Shown: positions 9,577 to 20,034, numbered from the stretch's first letter. The stretch: 64,000 nt of DNA from an uncultured Candidatus Saccharibacteria bacterium (GCA_964610335.1 CAZSVP010000002.1:78376-142375); one strand, 5' to 3'. Program-made: numbers and translations. Notes: a model not told the origin generated them from the sequence alone.

Positions 9577-11220
9577 CTATATTTGCACCAATGTCCCTTT
9601 CAGCTTTTCGCGGAAGTAGTTGTCGTGACTGACATAGAGTATTGCACCTTCATAGCCCAGCAGAGCATTTTCGAGTTCTTCAATGCTGGGCAGATCCAGA
9701 TGATTGGTAGGCTCATCGAGTACCAACAGGTTTGGGTTGTTACAAAGCATTTTGATGAGTTGAAAGCGAGCCTTTTGGCCACCACTGAGTTGCTCGAGCT
9801 TGAGCTTCATATCGCGATGTGGCTCAAACAAGTATCCTGAGGCAATTTGAGCAGCTTTTTCAGGGTTCATTTCTATGCCAGCTGCCCGATAGACTTGCTC
9901 GATTGCTGCGACCAAGGTCAACTTCAATAGCTCAGGGCTAATCTCTTGCTCGTAGTAGCCAAGTCGCAGTTTTTGGTCATGCTCGATCTCACCGGCAAAT
10001 ATCTTGGGTTCAAGTGGCTCGCCAGCTACTATACTGAGTAGTGCCTTGATCAAGGTAGATTTACCAGCACCATTGCGACCACGCAGCTCTACCTTGTCTC
10101 CAGTATGTAGCTCAAAACTGACATCGTTAAATAGTGGTTCAACATAGCCAATCGACAGATCACGCACAGTTACAAGCTGCTGGTAACTTTGCTGGTTTTG
10201 ATCAATCCCGACTTGGATATTACGCGCCTTGTACTTCTCATATTGCTCAGTCAGCTTGGGTTGCATTTGCTTGGCCGAATCTTGGTCGATCCAAAATGAT
10301 GGTTTTACTAGATTCTTCTCCAGCTCGGCAATATCACGCTCAAAGCGCCGCACCAGTGGAATAAACGGATTGGGGGTCTTGCTACTACTAGCCTTCTTGC
10401 GATTGGCTTCAGCAAGCTGTTTTTTGAGATTGATCAAGGTTTTGGTCTGTACCTCGTACTGGTTCATACCAGCTACAGTCTGGCTACTGTTTTGGCGTAG
10501 ATAGGCATCGTAGTTGCCATTGAATATGTAGGCTTGGTGATCACGTACTTCGATGATTTGATCGACTACTGCTAGCACATCGCGATCGTGGCTTACCAGT
10601 ACCACTGCGCACTTAGCTGCCCCGAGCCAAGTGATAAACTCTGCCTTGGCCACATAGTCCATATGATTGGTAGGCTCATCGATCAGTGCCAGATCGACAT
10701 GGCTCTCGGCTATTTTGACTAGTTCTACAAACCGTTTTTGGCCACCCGATAGGTTGCTCAGCTGCCCATTGGCCACTTCGGCATTCAGCTGATACTTTTC
10801 GAGTTCTTGGAGTACACTATCCTCAGCTCGGTAGTAGTCGAGCTGACTGAAGCGCTCGATGGCATCGGTGTAGCTATGCAACTGATCTTCGGTTGGATCT
10901 TTCAAGTTCGGATAAGACTCAATCGTATGCTTGAGCTTGGTGTATTCGGGCAATTCATTGAGTACATACTCGAGCACTGTAAGATCAGCCACTTCGGTAT
11001 GTTCCTGGCGAGTCTCACCTATCACCAGCCCCTTCTTGCGATGAATGTCGCCGACGTACTCGGTATCTCGCCCAGATAGCAGGCCCAGCAAGGTGGACTT
11101 ACCCACTCCGTTGCGCCCGATTATTGCCACCTTCTGCTTTTCTTGCAAAGTTAAGCTTAAGTCGCGCAGCAGCAACTTCGAACCCATAGTCTTTTCTTCG
11201 ATTTCAGCTTGTATGATCAT
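9577..11220 (-). CDS. ABC-F family ATPase (two NBDs, no TM domain)
   Basis: GRNGVGKST/GRNGAGKST Walker A, two LSGGQK signatures, DEPTNH twice, inter-domain linker. Confidence 0.92.
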   Translation of the reverse strand: MIIQAEIEEKTMGSKLLLRDLSLTLQEKQKVAIIGRNGVGKSTLLGLLSGRDTEYVGDIHRKKGLVIGETRQEHTEVADLTVLEYVLNELPEYTKLKHTIESYPNLKDPTEDQLHSYTDAIERFSQLDYYRAEDSVLQELEKYQLNAEVANGQLSNLSGGQKRFVELVKIAESHVDLALIDEPTNHMDYVAKAEFITWLGAAKCAVVLVSHDRDVLAVVDQIIEVRDHQAYIFNGNYDAYLRQNSSQTVAGMNQYEVQTKTLINLKKQLAEANRKKASSSKTPNPFIPLVRRFERDIAELEKNLVKPSFWIDQDSAKQMQPKLTEQYEKYKARNIQVGIDQNQQSYQQLVTVRDLSIGYVEPLFNDVSFELHTGDKVELRGRNGAGKSTLIKALLSIVAGEPLEPKIFAGEIEHDQKLRLGYYEQEISPELLKLTLVAAIEQVYRAAGIEMNPEKAAQIASGYLFEPHRDMKLKLEQLSGGQKARFQLIKMLCNNPNLLVLDEPTNHLDLPSIEELENALLGYEGAILYVSHDNYFREKLKGTLVQI

Positions 11221-11237
11221 TTGAGTACTTTTGAATA

Positions 11238-11570
11238 CTAGATAAACCAGGCCACTAGCCCGTGTTGAGCAATCTTATCACGATATCCTGGATAACTGTA
11301 CCATTCCTGTTTGGCTTGTTCGATATTTTCGACTAGTGGCATAACATTATGCAGACCAACCGCTGCTACAAGTTCTTCAATGCTAGGATATATCTCAACC
11401 CGCTTTACCGCCTTGGTAATTGTTTCTTTGCCACAGCGAATTACTAGCTCATCACCTACAGCTACCTTGCGATACTTCGGTGTAGCTGCACGCGACTCGA
11501 CAGTCTTGCGACCATCGACAATGGCATCAAAACTCTTGTCGCCAGCCCGAAATACTAGGTTGCGTTTCAT
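11238..11570 (-). CDS. ASCH-domain protein
   Basis: FDAIVDGRKTVESR (GxKxxExR motif), VGDEL. Confidence 0.8.
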   Translation of the reverse strand: MKRNLVFRAGDKSFDAIVDGRKTVESRAATPKYRKVAVGDELVIRCGKETITKAVKRVEIYPSIEELVAAVGLHNVMPLVENIEQAKQEWYSYPGYRDKIAQHGLVAWFI

Positions 11571-11650
11571 AGATTGATTGTAACAAATAAGTTGTTTTTT
11601 TTTGGCAAGTCTGTAATATTAGAAGTAACAATAATTTTTGGAGGATGGTT

Positions 11651-12175
11651 ATGCCCGAACCAAAACCAAGCAATGATCCTATAGAAGATTTTACGCCAGC
11701 AGTTGATGTAACTGAGCTCGAGCCAGCCGAATACAAGATTTACGATTCATCTGATATGGTTGACTATATAGAAAATGGTGGCTCGACTGAGCCAAGTATT
11801 TCCTATGACGCACTTCTGGGCGATTCTGAGCGAGCGGATTCCATGCTAAAAGCTATCCCAAAAGAAGAACGTGGTTCTATTGTAAAGAGTGCCAGACAAG
11901 AGGCGGCCAAAATGTATAAAGAAGGCGATGACGAGCAGACTGAGCTCGACCGCCGAAGCGCAATTGAAGAGAGGGAGGCAAAAGCCCTCTATGACACATT
12001 GTCAACAGATGACAAACTAGTTGCTGTCCAAGATGAGCTAAAAGCCGATCTAAATGAAGCTTTAGTAGCACTTCAAATGAAATACCCTACTCCTGACGAC
12101 ATGCCAGCCGAGCTTAAGGCACGACTAATCAAGTTGCGTGACAAAATAAACAAGAAACCCGAATTAACGCAGTAA
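11651..12175 (+). CDS. hypothetical acidic/helical protein
   Basis: Long ORF; GGAGG 6 nt before ATG 11651 (alternative start 11645); ends at bidirectional terminator. Confidence 0.7.
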   Translation: MPEPKPSNDPIEDFTPAVDVTELEPAEYKIYDSSDMVDYIENGGSTEPSISYDALLGDSERADSMLKAIPKEERGSIVKSARQEAAKMYKEGDDEQTELDRRSAIEEREAKALYDTLSTDDKLVAVQDELKADLNEALVALQMKYPTPDDMPAELKARLIKLRDKINKKPELTQ

Positions 12176-12177
12176 CT

Positions 12178-12203
12178 AAAAAGCCCCGAATTCGGGGCTT
12201 TTT
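12178..12203. terminator. bidirectional intrinsic terminator
   Basis: Perfect palindrome AAAAAGCCCCGAATTCGGGGCTTTTT between convergent genes. Confidence 0.85.
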
Positions 12204-12220
12204 ATGAGTGAGAGCTCAAT

Positions 12221-12541
12221 TTACATCTTAATTTCGATGTCCACGCCGGCAGGCAAGCTCAGATTCATAAGGTTGTCGACAGTCTTAGGAGTTGGCTCGG
12301 TGATGTCGATCAAACGCTTATGAGTACGCATCTCGAACTGCTCACGAGCGTCTTTGTAGACATGTGGGCTTGAGAGTACTGTGTACTTCTTCTTATCGGT
12401 AGGCAGTGGCACTGGTCCAGCGACTTGGGCACCGGTGCGAATGGCCGTATCGATAATCTGCTTGGCCGATTGGTCGATAATCTTGTTATCGTAGGCCTTG
12501 AGCTTGATGCGAATGCGTGGTTTGGAAGGTACGTCTGGCAT
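12221..12541 (-). CDS. rpsJ: 30S ribosomal protein uS10
   Basis: [32 protein letters not shown]. Confidence 0.98.
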   Translation of the reverse strand: MPDVPSKPRIRIKLKAYDNKIIDQSAKQIIDTAIRTGAQVAGPVPLPTDKKKYTVLSSPHVYKDAREQFEMRTHKRLIDITEPTPKTVDNLMNLSLPAGVDIEIKM

Positions 12542-12553
12542 TTGATTGATCCG

Positions 12554-13732
12554 TTACTTGATGATCTTACTGACCACACCGGATCCTACAGTCTTACCAC
12601 CTTCGCGGATAGCGAAGCGGAGGCCGTCGTCCATAGCAATTGGGGCAATCAATTTAACCTTAACGCTAATGTTGTCACCAGGCATAACCATCTCAGTACC
12701 TTCTGGAAGTTCAACTTCACCAGTTACGTCGGTAGTACGGAAGTAAAACTGTGGTTTGTAGCCCTTGAAGAAAGGAGTGTGTCGTCCGCCTTCTTCTTTC
12801 TTCAATACATATACTTCACATTCAAATTCGGTGTGAGGGGTAATGCTACCTGGTTTGGCAAGCACTTGACCGCGCTCGATGTCTTCGCGCTCAATACCGC
12901 GCAAGAGAACACCTACGTTGTCACCAGCTTGACCTTGGTCGAGTAGCTTCTTGAACATCTCAACGCCAGTTACAACTGACTTGGTGGTGGCTTTGATACC
13001 AACGATTTCAACTTCTTCGTTGACCTTGATCACACCACGCTCTACACGACCGGTAGCAACTGTACCACGGCCTTTGATAGAGAAGACGTCTTCGATAGGC
13101 ATAAGAAATGGCTTGTCGATATCTCGTACTGGATCTTCGATGTAACTATCCATGGTGTCGAGCAGCTCTTGGATGCTCTTCTCGTACTCGGCATCACCTT
13201 CGAGAGCCTTAAGTGCAGAACCCTTGATGATAGGAGTCTTCTCTCCTGGGTAACCGTATTTGTCGAGCAATTCGCGGATTTCTACTTCTACAAGCTCGGC
13301 TAGTTCTGGGTCAGCCATATCCATCTTGTTCATGTACACGATGATTTGCTTCACACCAACTTGGCTGGCAAGCAAGATGTGCTCGCGAGTTTGAGGCATA
13401 GGACCGTCAGCAGCAGATACTACCAGGATTGCAGCATCCATCTGTGCGGCACCGGTGATCATGTTTTTGACATAGTCAGCATGGCCTGGGCAGTCGACGT
13501 GCGCATAATGACGCTTGTCTGATTCGTACTCAGAGTGAGTAGTAGCAATAGTAATACCACGCTCTTTCTCTTCTGGTGCGTTATCAATATCGGCGTAGCT
13601 TTTGGCCTGAGCCTTACCAGATTTGGCAAGGTAGGTAGTGATGGCCGCAGTCAAAGTAGTCTTACCATGGTCAACGTGACCGATGGTACCAACATTGACA
13701 TGGGTTTTGTCACGATTAAATGTATCTGACAT
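12554..13732 (-). CDS. tuf: elongation factor Tu
   Basis: [39 protein letters not shown]. Confidence 0.99.
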   Translation of the reverse strand: MSDTFNRDKTHVNVGTIGHVDHGKTTLTAAITTYLAKSGKAQAKSYADIDNAPEEKERGITIATTHSEYESDKRHYAHVDCPGHADYVKNMITGAAQMDAAILVVSAADGPMPQTREHILLASQVGVKQIIVYMNKMDMADPELAELVEVEIRELLDKYGYPGEKTPIIKGSALKALEGDAEYEKSIQELLDTMDSYIEDPVRDIDKPFLMPIEDVFSIKGRGTVATGRVERGVIKVNEEVEIVGIKATTKSVVTGVEMFKKLLDQGQAGDNVGVLLRGIEREDIERGQVLAKPGSITPHTEFECEVYVLKKEEGGRHTPFFKGYKPQFYFRTTDVTGEVELPEGTEMVMPGDNISVKVKLIAPIAMDDGLRFAIREGGKTVGSGVVSKIIK

Positions 13733-13820
13733 GTCTTCTCCTAATTATTATTTCGTATAGTAGTGCTCGTATGTGAAAAACCGGCAATAGCAAAATTGCC
13801 AGTTTCACAAGACGTGACTA

Positions 13821-13849
13821 ATTATAGAGAGTTTCACCTGGTTTGTAAA
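13821..13849 (-). promoter_or_regulatory. promoter of tuf-rpsJ
   Basis: TTTACA-N17-TATAAT followed by a leader hairpin and AGGAG SD. Confidence 0.7.
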
Positions 13850-13891
13850 GAGTTTTATCGAGTGATAAGAACACCAGAAATATAATTGCGT

Positions 13892-13935
13892 GGCGGCAAC
13901 CCCAATCTGCCCGAAAGCGGACTGAGGCTACCGTT
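13892..13935 (-). terminator. hairpin ending the 14589-13934 cassette
   Basis: Minus strand CGGTAGCCTCAGTCCGC-TTTCGG-GCAGATTGGGGTTGCCG stem with G-U pairs. Confidence 0.6.
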
Positions 13936-14269
13936 ATTCTCCCTCCTCAAGAGCTTCGTACAGGATCTTGTAGGCTTCTTCTACCACAGTTGGAGGGTTG
14001 CGCCGAATCAGCTTGCGAGCTGTGTGAACACACACTGTCCAGATGATCATGTAGATTGCCAACGATGCACATAGTCCACCGATCATCACGGCCAGGCCAG
14101 GGTCAGCACTTCCCCCAAAGACCATCGTGAGGCCTACGCCTGTGAACATAGCATGCATCCAAAGCGCCTGGAACCACAACGACCGACTAAACGGATTGGC
14201 ATCGAGATAGCCAGCCAACAGTCCTGCTCCATGATGGAGATACCAGAACTCGTCTGGCTTACGCCTCAT
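13934..14269 (-). CDS. orphan membrane protein (GC-rich cassette)
   Basis: 111 aa, two hydrophobic helices; ATGA overlap with upstream ORF. Confidence 0.65.
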   Translation of the reverse strand: MRRKPDEFWYLHHGAGLLAGYLDANPFSRSLWFQALWMHAMFTGVGLTMVFGGSADPGLAVMIGGLCASLAIYMIIWTVCVHTARKLIRRNPPTVVEEAYKILYEALEEGE

Positions 14270-14589
14270 GGTCGTTCCTTGGAATCGTCGCGAAGGTCGA
14301 GGCTCTGACGCTGCGACAGCCGGACGATGTCCCGACGGCCACCGTAGTAGACCCGAAGCTTGGCGTTGACCAGCTTGATGGGCTCACCCACTACCACAAA
14401 CAGCAAGGGTAAGCCAAAGGCTAGCAACAAGCCGATCGGAATGGAAAGCAAGCTCCATAGCAGGTAGCTCCAGCGCTCGTTGAGAAGTGCCATCAGACAG
14501 CCACCTGTGATCACCACGCTGCACATCAGCATGATCACTATCTCGTAGGTCACACTCAGATTGCGTTGGTAATTGGTATCGTCGTACAA
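14266..14589 (-). CDS. orphan membrane protein (GC-rich cassette)
   Basis: 107 aa, two TM segments; GGAGG SD before TTG start. Confidence 0.6.
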   Translation of the reverse strand: MYDDTNYQRNLSVTYEIVIMLMCSVVITGGCLMALLNERWSYLLWSLLSIPIGLLLAFGLPLLFVVVGEPIKLVNAKLRVYYGGRRDIVRLSQRQSLDLRDDSKERP

Positions 14590-14640
14590 GACAAAGCCTC
14601 CAGGTTGAGAAAGAACAATTGTTGGCGATAATACGCCGTC

Positions 14641-14674
14641 GGGCGGTCTCGGAGCGCGATGTCCGAGACCGCCC
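14641..14674. terminator. perfect 13-bp GC hairpin
   Basis: GGGCGGTCTCGGA-N8-TCCGAGACCGCCC downstream of the 14923-14699 ORF. Confidence 0.65.
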
Positions 14675-14698
14675 TAGTTGATAGCGCCTGAGGTGCCA

Positions 14699-14923
14699 CT
14701 AAGCGGATTCGTCAGGTGATTCCGCGCGGCTCAAGCGCTCTTGCACCACTCGCAGGGTTGCCTCGTCGATTGAGTCGGCTGGTCCTGCGGCTGGATGCTT
14801 GGCCACTTCTGCATCAGTCGGCTTACGCCGCTGGCTGAGTGGTGTTACCACGTTTGAGACGTGGTGGGTTTCATCGGCCAGACTCTCGTCTGGCGCTGGC
14901 ACGGTATCGTCATCGCCTGGCAT
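14699..14923 (-). CDS. small acidic orphan protein
   Basis: AGGAGG SD 5 nt before ATG 14923; promoter TTGCAA-N17-CACAAT at 15016-15044; hairpin after stop. Confidence 0.6.
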   Translation of the reverse strand: MPGDDDTVPAPDESLADETHHVSNVVTPLSQRRKPTDAEVAKHPAAGPADSIDEATLRVVQERLSRAESPDESA

Positions 14924-15128
14924 TGCTGCCTCCTGGAATGATGACAACCTCCGCCCGTGCGCCCCATCGTATTTTGGATGGAAGCCTCTCCGGCAAGCCG
15001 GCTCGAGGTGCAGATATTGTGCTACTAAAACCTATTAATTGCAAGCATAACTACCACAAATTGTAACAAGCCAAGAAATATAGGATAATAAGCATAAGTA
15101 TATATAACAACTAGCAAAGAAAGTCACG

Positions 15129-15551
15129 ATGGCCAAAAAGAAAACTTCCGTAGCCAGAATCAAAAATCAAACTAAGCAAGAAAATAATTCATACGTCAAT
15201 TGGCTAATAGGTATAGTGATTGTTGTATTGGTTGCAGTTATTGGCATTGTAGTCGTAAACTTCTCCGATGCTGCCAATGCTCCAAACGGACAAGGTACAT
15301 ATCGTATAGAAAGCGCACAAACTTCTCCTGATGGTGCAACTACTAAAATTACATTTTCTATCGACCGTAACTATACGTTGACTAGAGTTGGAAAGTTTCA
15401 GTCTGGAGCTATCAAGTGGAAGCTAAATGGCCAATGTTATACAGTTGCGAGCGCTGCTGGGAGTGACTTTAAATCACTTGGTACAAAGCGAGAAAAATAT
15501 TACGACAATCAGCAGATTGTAGCTACTAGAAAAACCTCCTGTAATCTCTAA
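15129..15551 (+). CDS. single-TM exported protein, hypothetical
   Basis: Basic N-terminus, one TM helix, small beta-rich domain with two Cys. Confidence 0.7.
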   Translation: MAKKKTSVARIKNQTKQENNSYVNWLIGIVIVVLVAVIGIVVVNFSDAANAPNGQGTYRIESAQTSPDGATTKITFSIDRNYTLTRVGKFQSGAIKWKLNGQCYTVASAAGSDFKSLGTKREKYYDNQQIVATRKTSCNL

Positions 15552-15579
15552 CAAAGGCTAAGGTTGTTTCAAAATCAAC

Positions 15580-15609
15580 AGTAAAGAGCCCCGCTCGGGG
15601 CTCTTTACT
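15580..15609. terminator. bidirectional terminator (fusA / 15129 ORF)
   Basis: AGTAAAGAGCCCCG-CT-CGGGGCTCTTTACT. Confidence 0.8.
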
Positions 15610-15635
15610 TAGATCTTACATGAAGAATTTGCTAT

Positions 15636-17747
15636 CTAGGATGTACCAGCTTCACGAGCAGCAGTATATTTGCCCTTGAGCTCCTCGGCTACTTGGCCAG
15701 GAACCTCAGCATAGTGGTCAAATTCCATAGCGTAAGCTGCACGACCCTGAGTCATACTGCGCAAGCTAGTAGAGTAGCCAAACATCTCAGCTAGTGGTAC
15801 AAACGCCACTATGTGCTTAGCACCACTACGATCTTCCATGTTCTCAACACGACCACGCTTGGCATTGATATCACCTATCACATCACCCATGAACTCTTCA
15901 GGAGTAGTTACTTCTACTTTCATGGTAGGCTCCATAATAACTGGAGTGGCCTTGCGAACACCCTCTTGGAGCGCCATGCTACCGGCAATCTTAAAGGCAA
16001 CTTCACTAGAGTCCACCTCGTGGTAACTACCATCGTAGAGTTTGCAATGAACATCTACTACTGGATAACCAGCAATTACGCCGTTCTGCATGGCTTCTTT
16101 GACGCCAGCTTCTACAGGATTTATATACTCCTTGGGGATAGCACCACCAACGATAGCGTTTTCAAATTCAAATATCTTGTGTTTGTCGTCTTCTTCAGTT
16201 TTGGCAAGTGGGCTAAGCTCTAGCCAGACATGACCAAATTGACCACGACCACCTGATTGGCGCACAAACTTGCCTTCCACTTGAGCAGTACTCTTAATGG
16301 TTTCACGGAAGGCTACCTGCGGACGACCAACATTGGCCTCGACCTTGAACTCACGCTTCATACGGTCTACCAACACGTCGAGATGCAACTCACCCATACC
16401 CGCAATGATAGTCTGGCCAGACTCTTCGTCAGTAGTTACACGGAAGGTAGGATCTTCTTCGGCCAAGCGAGCTAGTGCCAAACTCATCTTCTCTTGGTCG
16501 GCTTTGGTCTTAGGCTCAACGGCAATACTAATAACTGGCTCAGGAAATTCAATGCTTTCAAGCAACACGTGTTGCTTCTCATCGCACAGAGTGTTACCAG
16601 TCACAGTGTTTTTGAGTCCTACTGCAGCAGCTATTTCACCAGCGTAGACTTCGTTTACCTCTTCGCGATTGTTGGCGTGCATACGTACGATGCGGCCAAT
16701 TCGCTCTTTCTCGCCGGTACTTACATTTACTACATAGCTACCTGATTTGAGCGTGCCCGTATAAACACGGAAAAAGCACAGCTTACCAACAAATGGATCA
16801 GTTGCTATCTTAAACGCCAACCCAGCAAATGGCTCATCATCGCCCACCTTGATTACTTTTTCTTCGCCAGTCTTAGCATCAGTGGCAAGTGGCGGAGCGA
16901 TATCGAGAGGGCTTGGCAAGTAGTCTACTATCAGATCAAGTAGCTTCTCTACCATCACGCCACGACCATCGCCACCGCTTACTATGAAGAAGTCGCCGCG
17001 CAGCACGCTCTTGCGGATTACTTCTTTGATTTCTTCTTTGGTCAATTCGCCGCCGTCGAGGTATTTCTCAAGCAATGTGTCGTCAGATTCTAAAGCAGCT
17101 TCGATCAAATGATTGCGATACTTCTCAGCCTTCTCGCGCATGTCTTCAGGGATCTCGCCTTCAATCAGCTCCTTGTCAGTATAGTCACTATAGGTATAGG
17201 CTTTCATATCCACTAAGTCAATCACGCCATTGATCTCTTGTTCGAAGCCAATTGGCAGATGAATAGGATAAGCATGACGGCTCAAGCGCTCATGAATACT
17301 CTCGAGCGACTTGTAGAAGTCACCACCGGTTTGGTTGATCTTATTAATAAAACAGATGCGGGGCACACCATATTTGTTGGCTTGGCGCCAAACAGTTTCG
17401 GACTGGGGCTCCACACCCATCTTACCGTCAAAGATAACGGCAGCGCCGTCAAGCACACGCAAGCTACGCTCTACTTCGACCGTAAAGTCGATGTGACCAG
17501 GAGTGTCGATGATGTTGATACGATGCTTGTTCCAAAAACAGGTGGTAGCAGCCGAAGTAATAGTGATCCCACGCTCTTGTTCCTGTTCCATCCAGTCCAT
17601 GGTAGCCTCGCCCTGATGAACCTCACCAATCTTGTGCACCTTACCAGTACGGTAAAGGATGCCCTCGGTAACGGTAGTCTTACCGGCATCGATGTGAGCA
17701 ATAGTCCCTATATTACGAGTAACCTCAAGTGAATATTCACGTGCCAT
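15636..17747 (-). CDS. fusA: elongation factor G
   Basis: [46 protein letters not shown]. Confidence 0.99.
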   Translation of the reverse strand: MAREYSLEVTRNIGTIAHIDAGKTTVTEGILYRTGKVHKIGEVHQGEATMDWMEQEQERGITITSAATTCFWNKHRINIIDTPGHIDFTVEVERSLRVLDGAAVIFDGKMGVEPQSETVWRQANKYGVPRICFINKINQTGGDFYKSLESIHERLSRHAYPIHLPIGFEQEINGVIDLVDMKAYTYSDYTDKELIEGEIPEDMREKAEKYRNHLIEAALESDDTLLEKYLDGGELTKEEIKEVIRKSVLRGDFFIVSGGDGRGVMVEKLLDLIVDYLPSPLDIAPPLATDAKTGEEKVIKVGDDEPFAGLAFKIATDPFVGKLCFFRVYTGTLKSGSYVVNVSTGEKERIGRIVRMHANNREEVNEVYAGEIAAAVGLKNTVTGNTLCDEKQHVLLESIEFPEPVISIAVEPKTKADQEKMSLALARLAEEDPTFRVTTDEESGQTIIAGMGELHLDVLVDRMKREFKVEANVGRPQVAFRETIKSTAQVEGKFVRQSGGRGQFGHVWLELSPLAKTEEDDKHKIFEFENAIVGGAIPKEYINPVEAGVKEAMQNGVIAGYPVVDVHCKLYDGSYHEVDSSEVAFKIAGSMALQEGVRKATPVIMEPTMKVEVTTPEEFMGDVIGDINAKRGRVENMEDRSGAKHIVAFVPLAEMFGYSTSLRSMTQGRAAYAMEFDHYAEVPGQVAEELKGKYTAAREAGTS

Positions 17748-17831
17748 AACGTGTTGTAGTATCCTTTCTTAAATTCTAGTGCGTAAAAGTAATGTAAAGA
17801 CGGTCAGCACTAAGCTGACTGTTTGCGGATA

Positions 17832-17860
17832 ATTATAGCTGATTTCTTGATAGGACACAA
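17832..17860 (-). promoter_or_regulatory. promoter of fusA
   Basis: TTGTGT-N17-TATAAT, followed by leader hairpin CAGTCAGC-TTAGT-GCTGACCG. Confidence 0.6.
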
Positions 17861-17960
17861 GCAACAAACATTAATGTATTGACATTTAGAGGCTTTGCTG
17901 GTTAAATATATAACTAGCTGTACCAACCATATCCATCCAGCACTCTCAGGGAGGTCCTAA

Positions 17961-18362
17961 GTGAGTGCAAGTCAGCAAGAAAAGATAGAGCAGTACCGTT
18001 TCTGGGGCGAGCGAGTCGCGAGTGGAGACACCGCGTTCGTGATGCCACTGGCCCGTGCCATCAGGTCTGGTGAGATCACCGCACCGAAGGCAGGGACCAC
18101 TCAGAAGCGGATCCGCGAGGTCATGCGCCAGCGCTTTCACGAGGCCCACCAGAGGGCGATCTGGTGCAAGAAGTACGGCGAGCGCATGAACGGCCGCGGC
18201 GTGCTATGCAAGCTCGGCCTGGAGCTGGCGGAGTCGGCCAACTGGGGCAACCTGCTCCACGTGACGCCCACCGACTTCGGAGCCAGCTTCGAAGAGCTAT
18301 ACGAACTCGCCGATCACTTCGGTGTAAGCGACCGCCTGCAGTTCGTCGCCATGGCGAGCTGA
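17961..18362 (+). CDS. orphan protein (GC-rich cassette), probable paralog of 18532-18981
   Basis: GGGAGG SD + GTG; GC-rich codons; followed by double hairpin and T tract. Confidence 0.7.
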   Translation: MSASQQEKIEQYRFWGERVASGDTAFVMPLARAIRSGEITAPKAGTTQKRIREVMRQRFHEAHQRAIWCKKYGERMNGRGVLCKLGLELAESANWGNLLHVTPTDFGASFEELYELADHFGVSDRLQFVAMAS

Positions 18363-18378
18363 TCGCGAGTTCAACATG

Positions 18379-18455
18379 GGTGCCTCATCGGGGGAAAGGC
18401 ACCACCCGTTCGGGGCTCCGGCACTTGGCCGGAGCCCCGGGTGGGTCATTTTTAT
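18379..18455 (+). terminator. double hairpin / intrinsic terminator
   Basis: GGTGCCT..AGGCACC then ACCCGTTCGGGGCTCCGGC-ACTTG-GCCGGAGCCCCGGGTGGGT + CATTTTT. Confidence 0.7.
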
Positions 18456-18531
18456 TTATATTGACTTTATTGACCAAAAGTTGTAGCATAGATTCCCGAT
18501 CGCTACATTCGCCCACCAAGGAGGCATAACT

Positions 18532-18981
18532 ATGCCTAGCGACGCATACCACACGTTGGCACTGAAGTCCGCTACCCTAGCTCACTACCGTGCCGTCCAT
18601 GAAGGAAGTGGTACTCACGAGCAGTACAGACTGGTACTCAAGGCCATCGATGCCGGTGACATCATACCTGTTGAGATCGGCACCAGCTACCGAGAACTCG
18701 GAGCCCATAATCGCCAATGGATTCGTAATCTGTTGGAGGATGCAAGCTTCGACGGTCTCCCGCAGCACATGCCAGGGGATGTGAGGGTCGCTTACAGGCA
18801 GCTGATCAAGCAACTCGAGCTGCTCAATAGCCTGCAGCATCCTCGCCTGCGGCTCACCCTCGGCCAGCTCAAGATCACTCTGCCGCAGCTGCGCCAACTC
18901 GGCGAGCCGCTTGGTCTGAGCCACCTCGTGGACGACGCCGACCTCGCAGTCGGCAGCTGGCACCACAAGAAGTCCGCCTGA
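18532..18981 (+). CDS. orphan protein (GC-rich cassette)
   Basis: Promoter TTGACT-N17-TAGCAT (18461-18489), AAGGAGG SD; IGTSYREL motif. Confidence 0.7.
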   Translation: MPSDAYHTLALKSATLAHYRAVHEGSGTHEQYRLVLKAIDAGDIIPVEIGTSYRELGAHNRQWIRNLLEDASFDGLPQHMPGDVRVAYRQLIKQLELLNSLQHPRLRLTLGQLKITLPQLRQLGEPLGLSHLVDDADLAVGSWHHKKSA

Positions 18982-19011
18982 TTCACTCGCCCGTCAACCA
19001 GGAGGTTTCTC

Positions 19012-19308
19012 ATGGGCAAACATGTGGTAACCAACAAGGAGATCAAACGGCTGTACCGTCGGCTCGAAGGGCTGCCATTTGTGCACAAGGTGCACACCTG
19101 CGCCCTCCAGCCAGGAGCAGCATCGGGCAAGCCTCGCGTGGAGTACCGCCACGGCAGTGCCGAGCCTGGCTCGCACCGCGTACCGGCAGTCATTAAGGCT
19201 GGAGGCTGTGCCCAACGGGTGTTCATCACCCTACGCGTTGACGAAGGCGAGTCCTTCAGCGACAAGCTCAAGTTGTTGCTCGCCGAGCCCGAGGTGATCG
19301 CCAACTGA
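19012..19308 (+). CDS. small hypothetical protein, weakly DUF2103-like
   Basis: AGGAGG SD; KAGGCAQRVFIT resembles the DUF2103 C-terminal motif (by eye only). Confidence 0.6.
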   Translation: MGKHVVTNKEIKRLYRRLEGLPFVHKVHTCALQPGAASGKPRVEYRHGSAEPGSHRVPAVIKAGGCAQRVFITLRVDEGESFSDKLKLLLAEPEVIAN

Positions 19309-19314
19309 CACCGT

Positions 19315-19366
19315 CCCCGTCTGAGACCGGATGCAAAACGCTCCTGTTTCGGCCGGGGCGTTTTGC
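19315..19366. terminator. terminator hairpin(s) between convergent genes
   Basis: CCCCGTCTGAGACCGG/CCTGTTTCGGCCGGGG and alternative GCAAAACGCTCC/GGGGCGTTTTGC. Confidence 0.6.
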
Positions 19367-20034
19367 TATTTATAGGTTAGTTCTACAAAGAATCGGCTTT
19401 TACTCGGCTTTTGAATTTGTTTGATAAGATCTGCCATACTTTCCATATACGGTGATTTTCCAAAGTCAGTGCCAAATTCACTCCAAAACATCTCACCATA
19501 TGGTGTCTCCTCACGCAGAGTGCCGGTCGGGTTTCGTCCATAAAACAAATGAAAGCATATCTGGCTGACTGGCTCACCACCTTCGTTGATAATAATATAG
19601 CCATCACCGCGATGTGTGAGTTTGCAACTCAAACCAGTCTTTTCCATCAACTCACGTGTAGCAGCCTCGGCAACCGTTTCTCCCAAATGTAGTTTGCCAT
19701 ACGGAAATCCAACTTGGCCAATCAGTGGTTGGTGTTTGCGTCGATACAACAGCCACTGCCCAGCCTTGTTCTGTACTGCCACTAGTGTGACTATCTTCGG
19801 TTGCAACCTAGTTTTCAGTGTGCGCAGGCTTACTTGGTCGACATACAATTTGCCTTGAGTCGTGAGACTATATAGACCATCGGCTCGTTTCTCTACCAAT
19901 CCCTCACGCATCAGTGCTCGCAGGTGATACATGAAGTGATTGCTCTCCAAATGCTTAGGTTTTAGTTGTGAAAATCGTAAGCTATCCGCCGCAATTAGCT
20001 TAGCTAGTATTTCTTTCTGGATAACATGCATCAT
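19366..20034 (-). CDS. winged-HTH + NUDIX fusion protein (putative regulator)
   Basis: N-term LRFSQL...FMYHLRALMREGLVEK...YSLT (wHTH); C-term GKLHLGETVAEAATRELMEKTGL Nudix box. Confidence 0.85.
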   Translation of the reverse strand: MMHVIQKEILAKLIAADSLRFSQLKPKHLESNHFMYHLRALMREGLVEKRADGLYSLTTQGKLYVDQVSLRTLKTRLQPKIVTLVAVQNKAGQWLLYRRKHQPLIGQVGFPYGKLHLGETVAEAATRELMEKTGLSCKLTHRGDGYIIINEGGEPVSQICFHLFYGRNPTGTLREETPYGEMFWSEFGTDFGKSPYMESMADLIKQIQKPSKSRFFVELTYK

